A stretch of DNA of 63,504 nt, counting the filler, from Reticulomyxa filosa (lineage: Eukaryota; Protista; Foraminifera): assembly GCA_000512085.1 (NCBI GenBank). It is 12 parts of 12 records of this genome, joined end to end, with 100 filler letters (N's around TTAATTAATTAA, not from the genome) between each part and the next. Parts side by side here need not be neighbours in the genome. Positions count along the whole stretch, not along the records: positions 43,490 to 57,756 come from ASPP01019089.1; positions 57,857 to 61,632 come from ASPP01020698.1; positions 61,733 to 63,504 come from ASPP01001501.1; 9 more parts are not named here. One strand, given 5' to 3'. The notes under the pieces are model-generated. The model was not told where the DNA came from. It saw only the letters and a program-made list of their open reading frames with translations, and ran no database searches. Positions 52,442-63,504 of the stretch are shown piece by piece. A program made the translations under genes and the position numbers. Numbering within the stretch: position 1 is the first letter of the stretch; each line of letters begins with the position of its first letter.

Positions 52442-54994
52442 GTCAATCAAGCCTTGTGAAGAAGAAGCAAAGGCCTCCTTGTTTATCATGGAGAACCGGT
52501 CACTAATGTCATCGTCGTCTTTGGTGCCATCGTTCAAAAATACCAAGTCGTTGATGATTTGCAACAGTTCATTTTTCATATCGATCAAGCAGGGTCCATG
52601 GACGATACCAAACTCGCGCATGCTCTGCCAATTGAAATTCACCTTTCGATTGTGTTCTTCATCGCTGACGGAAGAGGTGACCGTGAGCAGTCCTTCCAGC
52701 ATGGCAAACCCGTTTGATTGACGAAAATCGCGCACTAAGCGATATGTTGCCTTGGACGAAGACTTTGAGAATAGATGTAGCACGCCGAGTACAGTCACAA
52801 TTGAAGTGAGTAATCCCTCTGTCAATTCTGCACATTCAACAATAACAATAACAACAACAACAACAACAACAATATATACATATACATATATACATACATA
52901 TATATGTGTATATGTATTTATATATATATAATGCATATACATAATATATAGTTAAAAAGAGGACAGAAATATAATGACGTAACGTGGTCTAGTGGCCAAG
53001 ACTTTGAGAACAGATCGAATGTACTGCTTCTTATAAATATGTTTATGGATATCGTCCAAAATGGAGACCTGAGCATTGGCCAGGGCGCTTAAGACGACGC
53101 ACGAAATGGTCGGTGTGGTCAGCTCTGCAAACATGTTGCTGTTACCACTGTCGCAGTAGGTTTCGTCAGTCCAAGGCGACACTAAGGCCACAAAGAGGGG
53201 CTGCAGTTGCGAGCTCCGAACCAACTCCAAGGCACTGGACGCACTTTGAAAGATTTCCAAGGCCAGTTTCAACAGTCGTTTGATCAAAGATGGCAAGTGT
53301 TCGCCCAAGTCTTTGTCTCTTTTTTGAATGGCCCTCATTTCCTCCTCATTGCGTGGACTGACAATGCACAGCAGTCGCCACAGACAACTCGCCAAGCAGC
53401 CATATTGATTCATCACGTCGATGCGTTCTTGCTTGACTTTCGAATGTTCGCACTCGACAATGAACTGTTCGAACAGACTTAACAACGCTCCATATGGGTT
53501 GCTTCCGTCGTATTTCAACGGATGTGTCAACCGATAAAACATGTCTCTTTTTTTGTGATACAAGCCTTCCCACTCTTCTGTCCACCATCCCATGTCTTCA
53601 TCCTTCTTCTCACTGGTCTTTTCTTTGCTCGCAATCGCCGCTGCCGTCAACGACGATGACGATGACGACGACGACGACGGCGATGGCAATAACGGTTGTT
53701 CTTCTTTGTCACCGCCCAACTGCAATTCAAAATACATGCAGTCGCTCCCTTGCTTCGCCTTCGTCTTCACTTTGCCTTTGAGCTTCACTTCCGACTTCAA
53801 TGACGATGTCGATGTATTCGCGCTTTCTGTTTCAATGTCACTTGGGATATCTTTTCTTTCCGCTTCAAAATCCGTCAAATTATTATTGATATTATTATTA
53901 TTATTATTATTATTATTTCCTCCACTTTTTGAAAAAAATTCATCCGGTCGCTGCGATACACTGTTTTCTCGAGGAGAGGAAGAGCCCAACCCATCTGTTC
54001 CCAGTTGGTTCTGATACTTCTTGTTGCGGCTCTGCAACACGGGGGTTTTGCTATCTGTGCCTCGCGACAGCTTTTGTGCTAAACTGAAGCCGCGGCCGCG
54101 TTTGTTGTCCCCATTGCTGTTATTATCCCACCCACAAATTTTTTTTGTTTCGGTAATTCTCAAGTTTTCAGAAATGTCCAAACAAGTTTTTTTTTTTAAC
54201 CTTCAAAAAAAAAAAAAAAAAAAAGGGGGTCATAAAAAAAAATATATATGTATATGTATATGTTTATATAAGTATATAAATTTTTATGTATATTCAATTA
54301 TGTACATATGCAAAAAAAAAAAACAACACACACACACACAAACTTTGGCAAAGCAGTGTGCAACAAGGCAACATAGGGCCCAGATTCTTGGAAAAAACTT
54401 TGGGAAGACGAAGCTTGCGATGGGTCGGTGATTAGACTTGTCGTCGAGAGCAAGTGCGGCTCTCGAAAGTGAATGCGATTTTGCTCTTCGTTGGAGATAA
54501 TGTGACTGGTGAATTGATGAGATATTATTTTCAAAAATTGCAGTATATCTTGGCGTATGCATTCCTCTTCCATTTGCTGACTGGATATTCTTGGGGCTAT
54601 ACTCAGTATATGCAACAGCACCGCAAGTGGGTCATTTTCTATTGCTTGAGTGCCGTGGCCACTTTGTTGGCCATTGTCCTCTGTGTTACTTCCACCAAAT
54701 GATGAAAATGATAGGTCTATCACTGACGCCTACGTTTATGTACAAAAATACATTCATTTATTTATACATTTATGTATATGCATGCACACATTTCCATTTC
54801 TCTTCTTTCTTCTTTTTAACTTTTTCTTTATTTGTGGACTGGTTTTTTTCTGGTTCTTGAGACTGCACAAAAATACGAATGTAGGACAGTATTAGGGAAT
54901 GAAAAAGACTCCCTTCTGGGGTTGCCAGTAACACTTTTTCTTTTTCATTCCCACGGCCAAAGATGCCAGCTATAAAACTTCTCATTTTGCTCAT
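43490..54994 (-). CDS. Large BEACH-family protein (LvsA/WDFY3/neurobeachin-like), N-terminal portion; multi-exon, PH-BEACH-WD40 end not in this contig
   Basis: Chain of long same-strand ORFs separated by TA-rich introns. ARM-like regions (FRQSNGFAML, WHELGGFATVL, MARIGGYEML), a ConA/LamG-like domain (GFSLAFWL, RWYHVVISF, LLYINGV) and the pre-PH motif WHVNFVEGPHRMRKIL. Confidence 0.8.
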
Positions 54995-56841
54995 TCTGAA
55001 TTTACCAATGGCCTTTATCAGCAAGACCCAAACATAAAAATTTCTATTCCCCTTTTTTGACTAAAAAACTGACTTTCCAAATGTAGTTCAAAAGACATTT
55101 TTTTTTACTTTTGGTTCAAGCGAAAAATGATTGCTTTTTTTGAAGATTTTCAAAAAAACTTTACATTCTTATTAGAAAAATGCAATAGCACACTAATCTT
55201 TCAACTAGTGCCATTTAATTATATTCAATTATTTCTCTCAGTGGAGCTAATAGGTATTTTCTGAAAGTATACTCTTCATTTAATTTTATTTCGTGTGGCT
55301 GTCTTTTGGAATTTTCACTGTCAAGAAACTAATTTTCCAACAATTAGATTTATTGTCGTAAAAACGCATCCCACATCCGAATAGTCCGTCCATGCATAAG
55401 AAAAAACCTTAGATCATTGCGAATATGTTATACCAGTTTTATATTCATTATTAACTCAAGACCGTCGTAATTGTCCTGAAGATTACACTATTCAAATGAT
55501 TCTATCTACTAAGACGATTTTCCATCAAGAAACGTTTCTGTTGCATTTGTGAAATTTGCTTTTTAAAAAAAGCTGAAATAAACGTATATATTAATTGTAT
55601 TAGTGAAGCAATTCTATCAATAAACACATTGTCCAAAATTGAGAAATTAATTTTTGCAATGCATATCGATTTGCTGTGTTGAGTGTAGTGATTGTATTGT
55701 TGCTTATTCGGTATATGTTGATTTTTATCATGAAATATTTATTTTTATGATAAAAATTGATTTATCTATTGATAATCTCACTTTTGCATGATTTTCTAAT
55801 TTATAAACGTATTTATATCAGCGTCTTGATATTTTGTTGCAAAAATAGACTTTTTTCTGTGTGCTCCTTTTGTTGGGAGGGCATAAAGCTTTTTTAAGAT
55901 TCTCTTCAGTTAATGTGATCACTTGTCGACAAAAAATCGAATAAAATCTAATAAATAAATAAAATGTAAGCGATCAAAGAGTATCAGTTACACATCAGAC
56001 GAAAAAAGGGTGAAACTGTTCAACCCAATCAAAAAAATCAAATATTGAATAAAAAAGTACAGAACACGCCTTTTAGAAAATGTATTAAAAATGGATCTAT
56101 AAATTTTTCAACATCTTTGTAATTATTAGGCGACAATTACTGCAACAACAAACATTAAAGTGTTTTTATGATATTTTATTAAAAATAGGCTGATAAAAAC
56201 GGTAAAATAAGGGTGTCCACTCCAACGGCCAAAAGGAATTGAAACAAACGAGTGAAACCTCAATGAAAACGATCATAATAACCTTTTTAAAATGGTTATA
56301 TACACTTTTTTCAAGATTAAGTTTCAAACACTTCCATCACAACTCGAAAAACGAATTGTTTGAAAGAGTAAAAATGTCCACATATCAAACAAAGCGCCCT
56401 AAACAATACAGCAACAAAAACAAAAACAAAAATTTGAGAAAAAAAAAGTGAGAAGAACCGCACAACCAAAATTAATGGAAGCACAAAAAAAAAAATTTTA
56501 CAAGAGTAACTAATGAGCTACAACAAAAAAAAAGAAAAAGAAAAAAAAAACCAACCAAACAAAAACGCACAAACAGTAAATTTAAGAATACATATAATAA
56601 AAAAGTCGATGTAAATACACGACTTTCACAATTAAAATTGTCTTTAAGGTAATTGATATAAAAATACTCTTTTTTTCCCCATTTTTTTTATGTTCCACGA
56701 ATTTTCCAGTCAACACTTGTATAAGTTAAACGAGGCTGTCATACGTATATGTAGATGTAAAATTTATAAGTATGTACATGGGAGTCATTTTTTTTTTTAA
56801 CAAAGATTATCCATACAATTGTGATAAGGAAAAAATAAATG

Positions 56842-57722
56842 TTAGAAATGATTTCGTCGATCAATCTTTTGGAATGCAGAATGGAAATGGGACAGGTTTT
56901 TTTTGACAAGAGGATCATGAGTAGAAATACGTTCAGCAGCGATGTCATCTGGGATTGGTTGGTTGGACAAAATGACGCCGAGCGTGGGTTTGGTATGCTC
57001 CTGCACGTCGTCAATTTTATTGGCGTCGTTCACAAAACACGCCTCTGCGCGCACATCCAATGGCATAGATTCATTGCTACTGATCCCCTGGTCGAAGCTG
57101 GTGAGACGAGGGAAAGCCTCGACTTCTGCTTTCTCATTCTCTTTCTCCTTTTCCTTTTCTTTATCATTAGGCTTGTTTTCCACAAGTCTGTCAGCTTGAA
57201 TGCCATCCTCAACAAGTGTTCTTTTTTCCACCATCTTCGTTGAGGTTTCGATGTGAGGTTGGCACTCCACCTTTCCCAATGTCAGCAATTGCAAGCCCTG
57301 TCAATATGTATTGCGCGTTCATACACAAAAGTACTTTTCATATGGAAGAAAGGGGGGATTCTCATTTTAAAAAAAAAAAAAAGGGGGCCGGGAAAGGACG
57401 GAACAAAAGGAAAAAAAAAAAAAAAACAGTGAAAGCATTTAAAAGCATTGAATAGAATTTGTGAACGAAACAATTTCAGCTTTCTGCAGCGTGGTGAAAA
57501 CGGCGACGATGACATTGTGATCATGATGAGGATGGATTTCAATAAAAGATGGCTGATTGATACCAAAGTTCGACTTGAACTCGTGGATTGACGTGTTGTG
57601 GGACGTCTTGGCAGTGATCGAGTAGTGCTTTGTTGCACTTTGTGATCCGGACATGTCACACTGCTGTTCATTCGTCACGGACATTGTCACCAAATAGCGT
57701 CTGCCCATTCCATTTGTTGTTG

Positions 57723-57756
<34 letters not shown>

Positions 57757-58297
57757 NNNNNNNNNNNNNNNNNNNNNNNNNNNNNNNNNNNNNNNNNNNN
57801 TTAATTAATTAANNNNNNNNNNNNNNNNNNNNNNNNNNNNNNNNNNNNNNNNNNNNGTCATACATACACTCAGGTGTTTCAAACATTATCACCGGCGATT
57901 CATGGTAGTAGTATCCCAATTCGTGTCTTTCAAATTTTCTGGCTCCTGATGCCAGTCTGTTTTGGCTCTGCATTCTTGGCACAATGTCTTCCACCGCCAC
58001 TTTCAACATATATTTTGTTCTAGGCTGCAAGCCTGTCACGCGCTGAGACAATAAATCCACTCCTTTGCAAGCTTGCCATTCCACGTTTTCCTGATTTTTC
58101 AATACTGCATATTGCACCTGATATACAAATGTTGGACTGTGTCCTGCTGTCGGGCTGTTTAGCCTACTTGCCTTCCATTCTACTATTATGCTTTTCGCTG
58201 TCATGTGTGTGATCTGCACATCCCCTGGCTCTGTCACTCTTTTGTCTGTGTTGTCATTTGAGGTGTTCGTTTTCCATTGCTTTCCTACATATGACAA
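56842..58297 (-). CDS. Fibronectin type III domain protein, spliced and apparently spanning the spacer at 57757-57856
   Basis: PGDVQIT..SIIVEW..YQVQY..VTGLQPRTKYMLKVAV is an FN3 repeat. Across the gap GRRYLVTMSVTN looks like the end of another FN3 repeat, followed by an acidic exon on the same strand. Confidence 0.65.
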
Positions 58298-60930
58298 AGA
58301 CTACTGTCTAACTCACCCTGGCCATCTCCATCCATCTTTTCTTCATTTTGAACAGGTCGAGAAAAGAACAAGCTTGTCATCTTTCTAATGGCTTGTTTGT
58401 ATGAATTTCAGCCCTGTCAGTTTCAAAAGTGAATCGAGCCACACTCTTTCGAACAAACAATAAAAATGTTTGCTCAAATTTCTCTTGGAAAATTTGAATT
58501 TGAACAATCTTAATTTTTCAATAACATTTTCAAGGATAGTGAAAAAAATTCTAACAGTTGTTGTAAAAGAAAAAAACAGTTTTGAAACTGATTCTGAGTA
58601 AGACTATAAAGGTTGCTGTTGTATTCGTGTGTATTGCTTTTCTCTATAAGTTGATCCTTGCACCTCTAGAAAGAAGTATGATAGTTGTCCAAAGATTCAA
58701 TAGAAATTTCAACACGATTGCTATGGTGATCATTTGTAATAAATCCAATTCTTTAAATTTTTTGACAATGAAGAAACTCTGATTCTTCAGACATTGGACA
58801 ATATTTCTTCAAATGTACACACATTAAATTTCAAATTATTAATGTGAAAATTTAATCTTTAATATAAATTTCATTAGCAAATAAATGCAAATATTCAAAA
58901 AAGTATAAAAAGTGTAATTCATGTTAGTATATCATTATGTATAATTAAATTTCAAAATTAATAATATTTTATAAAAATATATCCAATTGTAGCCCAAGTC
59001 AAGGGCATTTCGTTTATATATTTTTATTTTTTTCATATTTATCTTAGCGGATCGTCTACAGAAAACGATCGAATATATACAATTTTAATTTACATGTATC
59101 ACACTTCTTTTGAAAATTATTTTTTGCAGAATAACGAAAATCTGAAATCATTTTTTCCCTTTGTTTTGTTGTAATAACGCTTTGTTTAGTCTTATTTTTT
59201 GTCAATTGCACATGATTTTGGAGATGAAGATATCAATTGTAGTGTCAAATTTATATCAATATTACTTACATATCACTAATAGATTTGTGCTAGTTATTGC
59301 AAGAATTCAAAAATTCGTTAATTTTTAATGAAATAGCTCTATCTTTAGTCTTGAATAAATATTTATATTGAATCGATAATAGTGTTAGAAATGTCTTCAA
59401 AAGTTTTGTTTCTAACGAAATAGAAATTGAAAGAAAAAAGATTTTGAACAGTACAAATCGCGCTATTTAATACATTTGCGCCAAAAGTTTTTATTACTCA
59501 ACAGTGTTACATATACATATACTTTGCTTTGCTATTGATTTGGGGTCAAGAAAAATATAAATGCATTATATGTCAACTTATTTATGTTATATCAGATCCA
59601 CAATAGTTGTTTTATTGAGCGCTTTTAGTAATTATAAGCTAGTTCCATATGCTTAAATAGAAATGAGTATATAATTGCTGTAGCAGGATCATAGTAGCAG
59701 ACAAACCGTCTTCAATACAAAGTAGTCACTCTTAAATTTAGTTTCTTTTGCTTAGTTTTCTGTCGCTTCTTTTTCAATGAGATCGTACACGAGCATTTGT
59801 TCAAAGTGAGATTTTTTTTGGCATAAACTAAGACATCATACATATATATTATTTTAGTTTCAAAAATTAAAATTTTTCATATATCAACTATTCCCGAATT
59901 ACAAATTTTGAAAAAGTTTTCACAAATTGAGAATTGAAAAATGTAATTTAAATTTTATCTGTTGCGATGTTCATGTTTTTTAAAAATAATTTTTTATAAG
60001 AAGTGTTATTCATGTGATTAGAACAGTACATATAAATATAATTTCAAAATCGAATTTGCAGCTTGAAAACATGTAAGATTGCTACCCAAGTAAAGTTCAT
60101 TTCATTCATATATTTATTTTTTGTTTCAATATATCGTAATATGCAGCATACATTAAAAGATTTAACATAGATAGCATTTTAATTTTGCGTTCATTACACT
60201 TCTTTTAAAATTTTTACAAAATAATTTAACATCTTTTTCATGACTGATAATAACACAATTAGAGATCATTTGTAACAAATTGGCAAAGTTATGCATAACA
60301 AGCAATGTTGCTTCAAAACTTTTGTAATAAATAGATTTAAGTTAGTTAAGTTCTGTTATAATTATTAAAAATAATTTATAATTTTAAGAAAAGAAAAAAG
60401 TTACTTATATGATATATTGACAAATAAATGATTGCAATATAAAGATCTGCCATCATATTATACTGTCGGCAAAGTCTAACAATGGCAGTTGTGTGAAATT
60501 ATTTTTTTTATTATTGTATTCATTACTTTCATTCATCTTTGTAGTCTCACTTTTTTTCTATTCAATATTAAAGTTTCGAAATGCTGACAATATCATTCCA
60601 ATTCTGGGCTTACCATACTCAAATGATCCATTAATTGCAATAAATTATTGTTTCACTATGACTTGAAGATAATGAAAGAGTTGAACAAATTATTACCACT
60701 TATTCGATTTTTTGAAGTGATGAAAAAATCAAAAAAATATTAGATTGCATTTTGAAAGATATAAAATAATTGTAGATAATCTTTATTATGAGTAAAATGA
60801 GCAATTTTCAATTTGAATCCTATTTCTTTTGATTCAAATGATTATTAACTTAAAAAACGTGCTTGCTGTAAAGATAGTTTATATGCTTTTTGTCGAAGAT
60901 GAATACGACCCAATTTCCTTGAGTTATAAA

Positions 60931-61585
60931 TTAAAATAAAGGCAAAGTCTTACAACATTTATTGGTGCAATGAAAAAGAGTCCTCATCATAATCAGTTTG
61001 CTCATTTTTACTTTTGCTTTTTTTCCTTTTTTTGTTTGTCCTGTCTTTTTTTGTGTGTTTTTTCTTTTGCTTCGTTTTGCAGCAGGTTTGTGCTTTGAAG
61101 TTTTGTCAAGGTCATTGTCCGTTTGATTCTCCTCTTTAATAGAGAAAGCTGATATACTCTCCACATCCAACCCAACCTCTGCCATTGCGTGAAGGCGTGC
61201 TTGTCTGGCCAGCTCATCGACAGGTAATTCTTTCGTTGGCAATCAATCACATATACACATCACACATATCCAAGGAATAAAGTAAACGAAGATAGGATTT
61301 GAAAGTCTTAACGTGGGTCAATTGTAAACGTATTTGCATCATTCGGATTGATGGCACTATTGTCGAAGTCAAAGAAGGGGAAATTCGATAAGATCTCTGT
61401 TTGCTTTGGTTCTTGTTGTTCCTTATTATAATTCTGAGGCGATGCAATTCCGTGAGCGGAAAACTGATGTTCTATCAACTCTTCAAGTGTTTGATAACGT
61501 TCTGGACATATAGTTTTTCTCAACCGAGCCCCAGATGCGTCAATATACGTGTCTTCATCTTCTTCTTCAATTCCTAGTTTCAAAC
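60931..61585 (-). CDS. 3' exons of a hypothetical protein with a Lys-rich tail
   Basis: Two same-strand ORFs (61308..61583 and 60931..61242) separated by a short intron-like stretch; no family recognised. Confidence 0.5.
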
Positions 61586-61593
61586 GTAAATAC

Positions 61594-61632
<39 letters not shown>

Positions 61633-61732
61633 NNNNNNNNNNNNNNNNNNNNNNNNNNNNNNNNNNNNNNNNNNNNTTAATTAATTAANNNNNNNNNNNN
61701 NNNNNNNNNNNNNNNNNNNNNNNNNNNNNNNN

Positions 61733-62076
61733 TTTACCTGGTCCATTATATCATTGTGCTGCAATACTGAGTGAAGAAGATAATTATCTACACATCATTG
61801 GAGGAGATAATGATAAAAATACAACAGTATCAACTCACATGAAGACTGAATTGCGTGTGTGGGATCCTTCACTGTTGGTAATGATTTGTTTATTTATTTG
61901 TTTTGATGAAATTAATTGACAAATAATAAATATTAAACATTAAATATTAAATAATAAATTGTTAACAGTCAAAAAAAGAAATAAAATTTACTATTCAACA
62001 TTGGGTTCGAATTTTAAAGATAAATTTAGGATGGATTGATGATTTTGATAAAATGATTATTAGATATAGCAGATAA
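61733..62076 (+). CDS. Kelch-repeat protein, 3' fragment
   Basis: LPGPLYHCAAIL..YLHIIGG..THMKT, an intron, then SKKEIKFTIQHWVRILKINLGWIDDFDKMII. Same C-terminal layout as the 36142-37372 gene. Confidence 0.8.
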
Positions 62077-62236
62077 AATAAATTAATTATGTTTTGATTT
62101 TTATTTGATAATTATGAAATTTTCCAAAGATAATTCAATGCAAGAAAAAAGAAAAAAAATTTCAAATAGATCACATATTTATTTCTTTGTTGAAAGATGA
62201 TATCATAATCAGTTTACCACTCACTACTTTCGTTGC

Positions 62237-62930
62237 TTATATTACTTTCCACAATGGAATTGTCTTATCATCAGAAAATGATACAATAATATTTCCATCT
62301 GATGAAATATCAAATCCTTTTATTCTCTCTGAATGTCCTTCAAATCCTTGTATTTTCATTCCTAATTTTATATCCCATAAACGAATAATATTATCTTTAC
62401 AACACATTAATATTGTTTGTTCAGATAGAAAATATTTTAATTTTGTTGATTCAAAAGAATTGTCTTTTTTTTTCACTTTCGTCTGTGATATTAAGTCTAA
62501 CAGTTCAATAGTATTATCTAAATAACGTACAATATTTAAACCGTTAGTAGAAAATTGTACCGCTCCACACTGCTGACTTTTTATTGTTCTTGTTTCACTG
62601 GATATTATATCAAAAACTTCAATGCTGTACTTGTTGCTACAAGGATTTTTTGATCATTGGATAAAATTTTTACATCCATAATATAATCATTATAAAATAA
62701 TGCTTTAATCAGTTTTCCAGATTGTATATCCCAAATTGTCGTTATTTTATTATTAAATGCTACTATCATCTTTCTATCTGATGAAAACTCTACATTTGTC
62801 ATTATATCATCTAAATATTCTCCAAATTTTTTTATCTCATTATATGAATTTACATCATTTGAACATGAAACAATCATAGTTCCATCATGTGAAAATTGTG
62901 CATCTCATTTACGCAATCTAAATGTCCATT
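62237..62930 (-). pseudogene. WD40-repeat pseudogene
   Basis: FSHDGTMIVSCS, FSSDRKMI..IWD, IRLWD, GHSERIKGFDISSDGNIIVSFSDDKTI; broken across frames by stops and frameshifts. Confidence 0.75.
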
Positions 62931-63504
62931 TGTCCGAAAAAAAAAATCCTGTCAGACTCCAAATTTGAAAAAAGACAGCCATATTGGAAATGGGTTATAT
63001 ATTAAAAAGAGAAGATGATCAAATCAATAATAGGTAATAATTTTGAATTATGAATTAAAATGAATAATGCATCCAAATCAAACAGCTAAAGAGTTGAGAA
63101 TAGTGACAACAACAACAACAAACAACAATGGTTATGAAGAAAGTTTTTTTGACAATGGCATCAATTTTGTTTCGATGAAGAGCAGCGACCAGTCCATTAT
63201 TGAACTCGGATTGATCAGATTTGTAAAGCAGAGGATTTCCACGTTTGTCATCAAATTTTGATTTTGGTGACATGGATACAAATATAAGCATCGGCCTCTG
63301 TCCGGTTCATTCGAAGCAAAAGGTCGATATATGATCCCAGCGCGATTGGTTGAGCTTTTTCAATGTGGTGACAAATGGCAACATGTCACTGCCGTCGACA
63401 TTTGTCTCTTCAGTGAACTCCTTCGTGGACAAACAATATCTTTGGATGACGGACACAAAAGGACACTGGCGTGGACGTGTGTTTGGGAAGTGTGCGCGCG
63501 CGCG

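Noticed and set aside
43514-54895. Many plus-strand ORFs overlapping the BEACH-family gene (likewise over the kinesin-3-like, Ycf45-like and tubulin genes)
   Set aside because: They are antisense shadows of GC-richer coding exons, with poly-L/poly-S from reversed Asn/Asp/Glu runs and no independent motifs.
6991-61732. Eleven regularly recurring TTAATTAATTAA palindromes as a biological repeat or CRISPR-like array
   Set aside because: Each is embedded in exactly 44+44 Ns. This is a synthetic six-frame-stop gap spacer.
1-63504. rRNA, tRNA, CRISPR arrays, prokaryotic operons or an alternative genetic code
   Set aside because: None recognised by eye. Conserved genes read with the standard code and end at TAA, TAG or TGA.
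63055-63504. Coding fragment at the window end
   Set aside because: It has coding-like composition but stops in the candidate frames and no recognisable family, so no call can be supported.

Overview
AT-rich eukaryotic (protist) genomic DNA. It is made of 12 contig pieces joined by 11 identical artificial 100-bp spacers (N44-TTAATTAATTAA-N44). Short introns full of (TA)n/(TG)n and poly-A/T, a foraminiferal-type divergent alpha-tubulin, and Kelch and WD40 family members point to a foraminiferan (Rhizaria), most likely Reticulomyxa filosa; this is inference, not a database result. Recognisable genes: two tandem SAM-like/coiled-coil/FN3 paralogs (one with a TLDc domain), divergent alpha-tubulin, INCENP-like, GILT, a kinesin N-terminus, a Hint/zinc-finger/SAM protein, a Ycf45/SpoIIIAA-like ATPase with degenerate Walker motifs, a kinesin-3-like tail with a ubiquitin-like domain, TMEM144, Kelch proteins, a PA-domain protein, a SAP-domain protein, a possible CARMIL-like PH protein, a >11 kb BEACH-family gene with an inserted SAM domain, an FN3 protein, and HSP60 and WD40 pseudogene fragments. 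Mobile DNA missed by the ORF track: two decayed LINE reverse-transcriptase remnants, a ~590-bp poly(A) retroposon with a 16-bp target-site duplication, a decayed Tc1/mariner transposase with TIR-like ends, and a dispersed ~120-bp repeat. The best novelty candidates are the intein-like Hint-domain protein (26.8-27.9 kb) and the apparent Ycf45 pseudo-ATPase (29.2-30.2 kb). All family assignments are by eye from motifs and need HMM confirmation.
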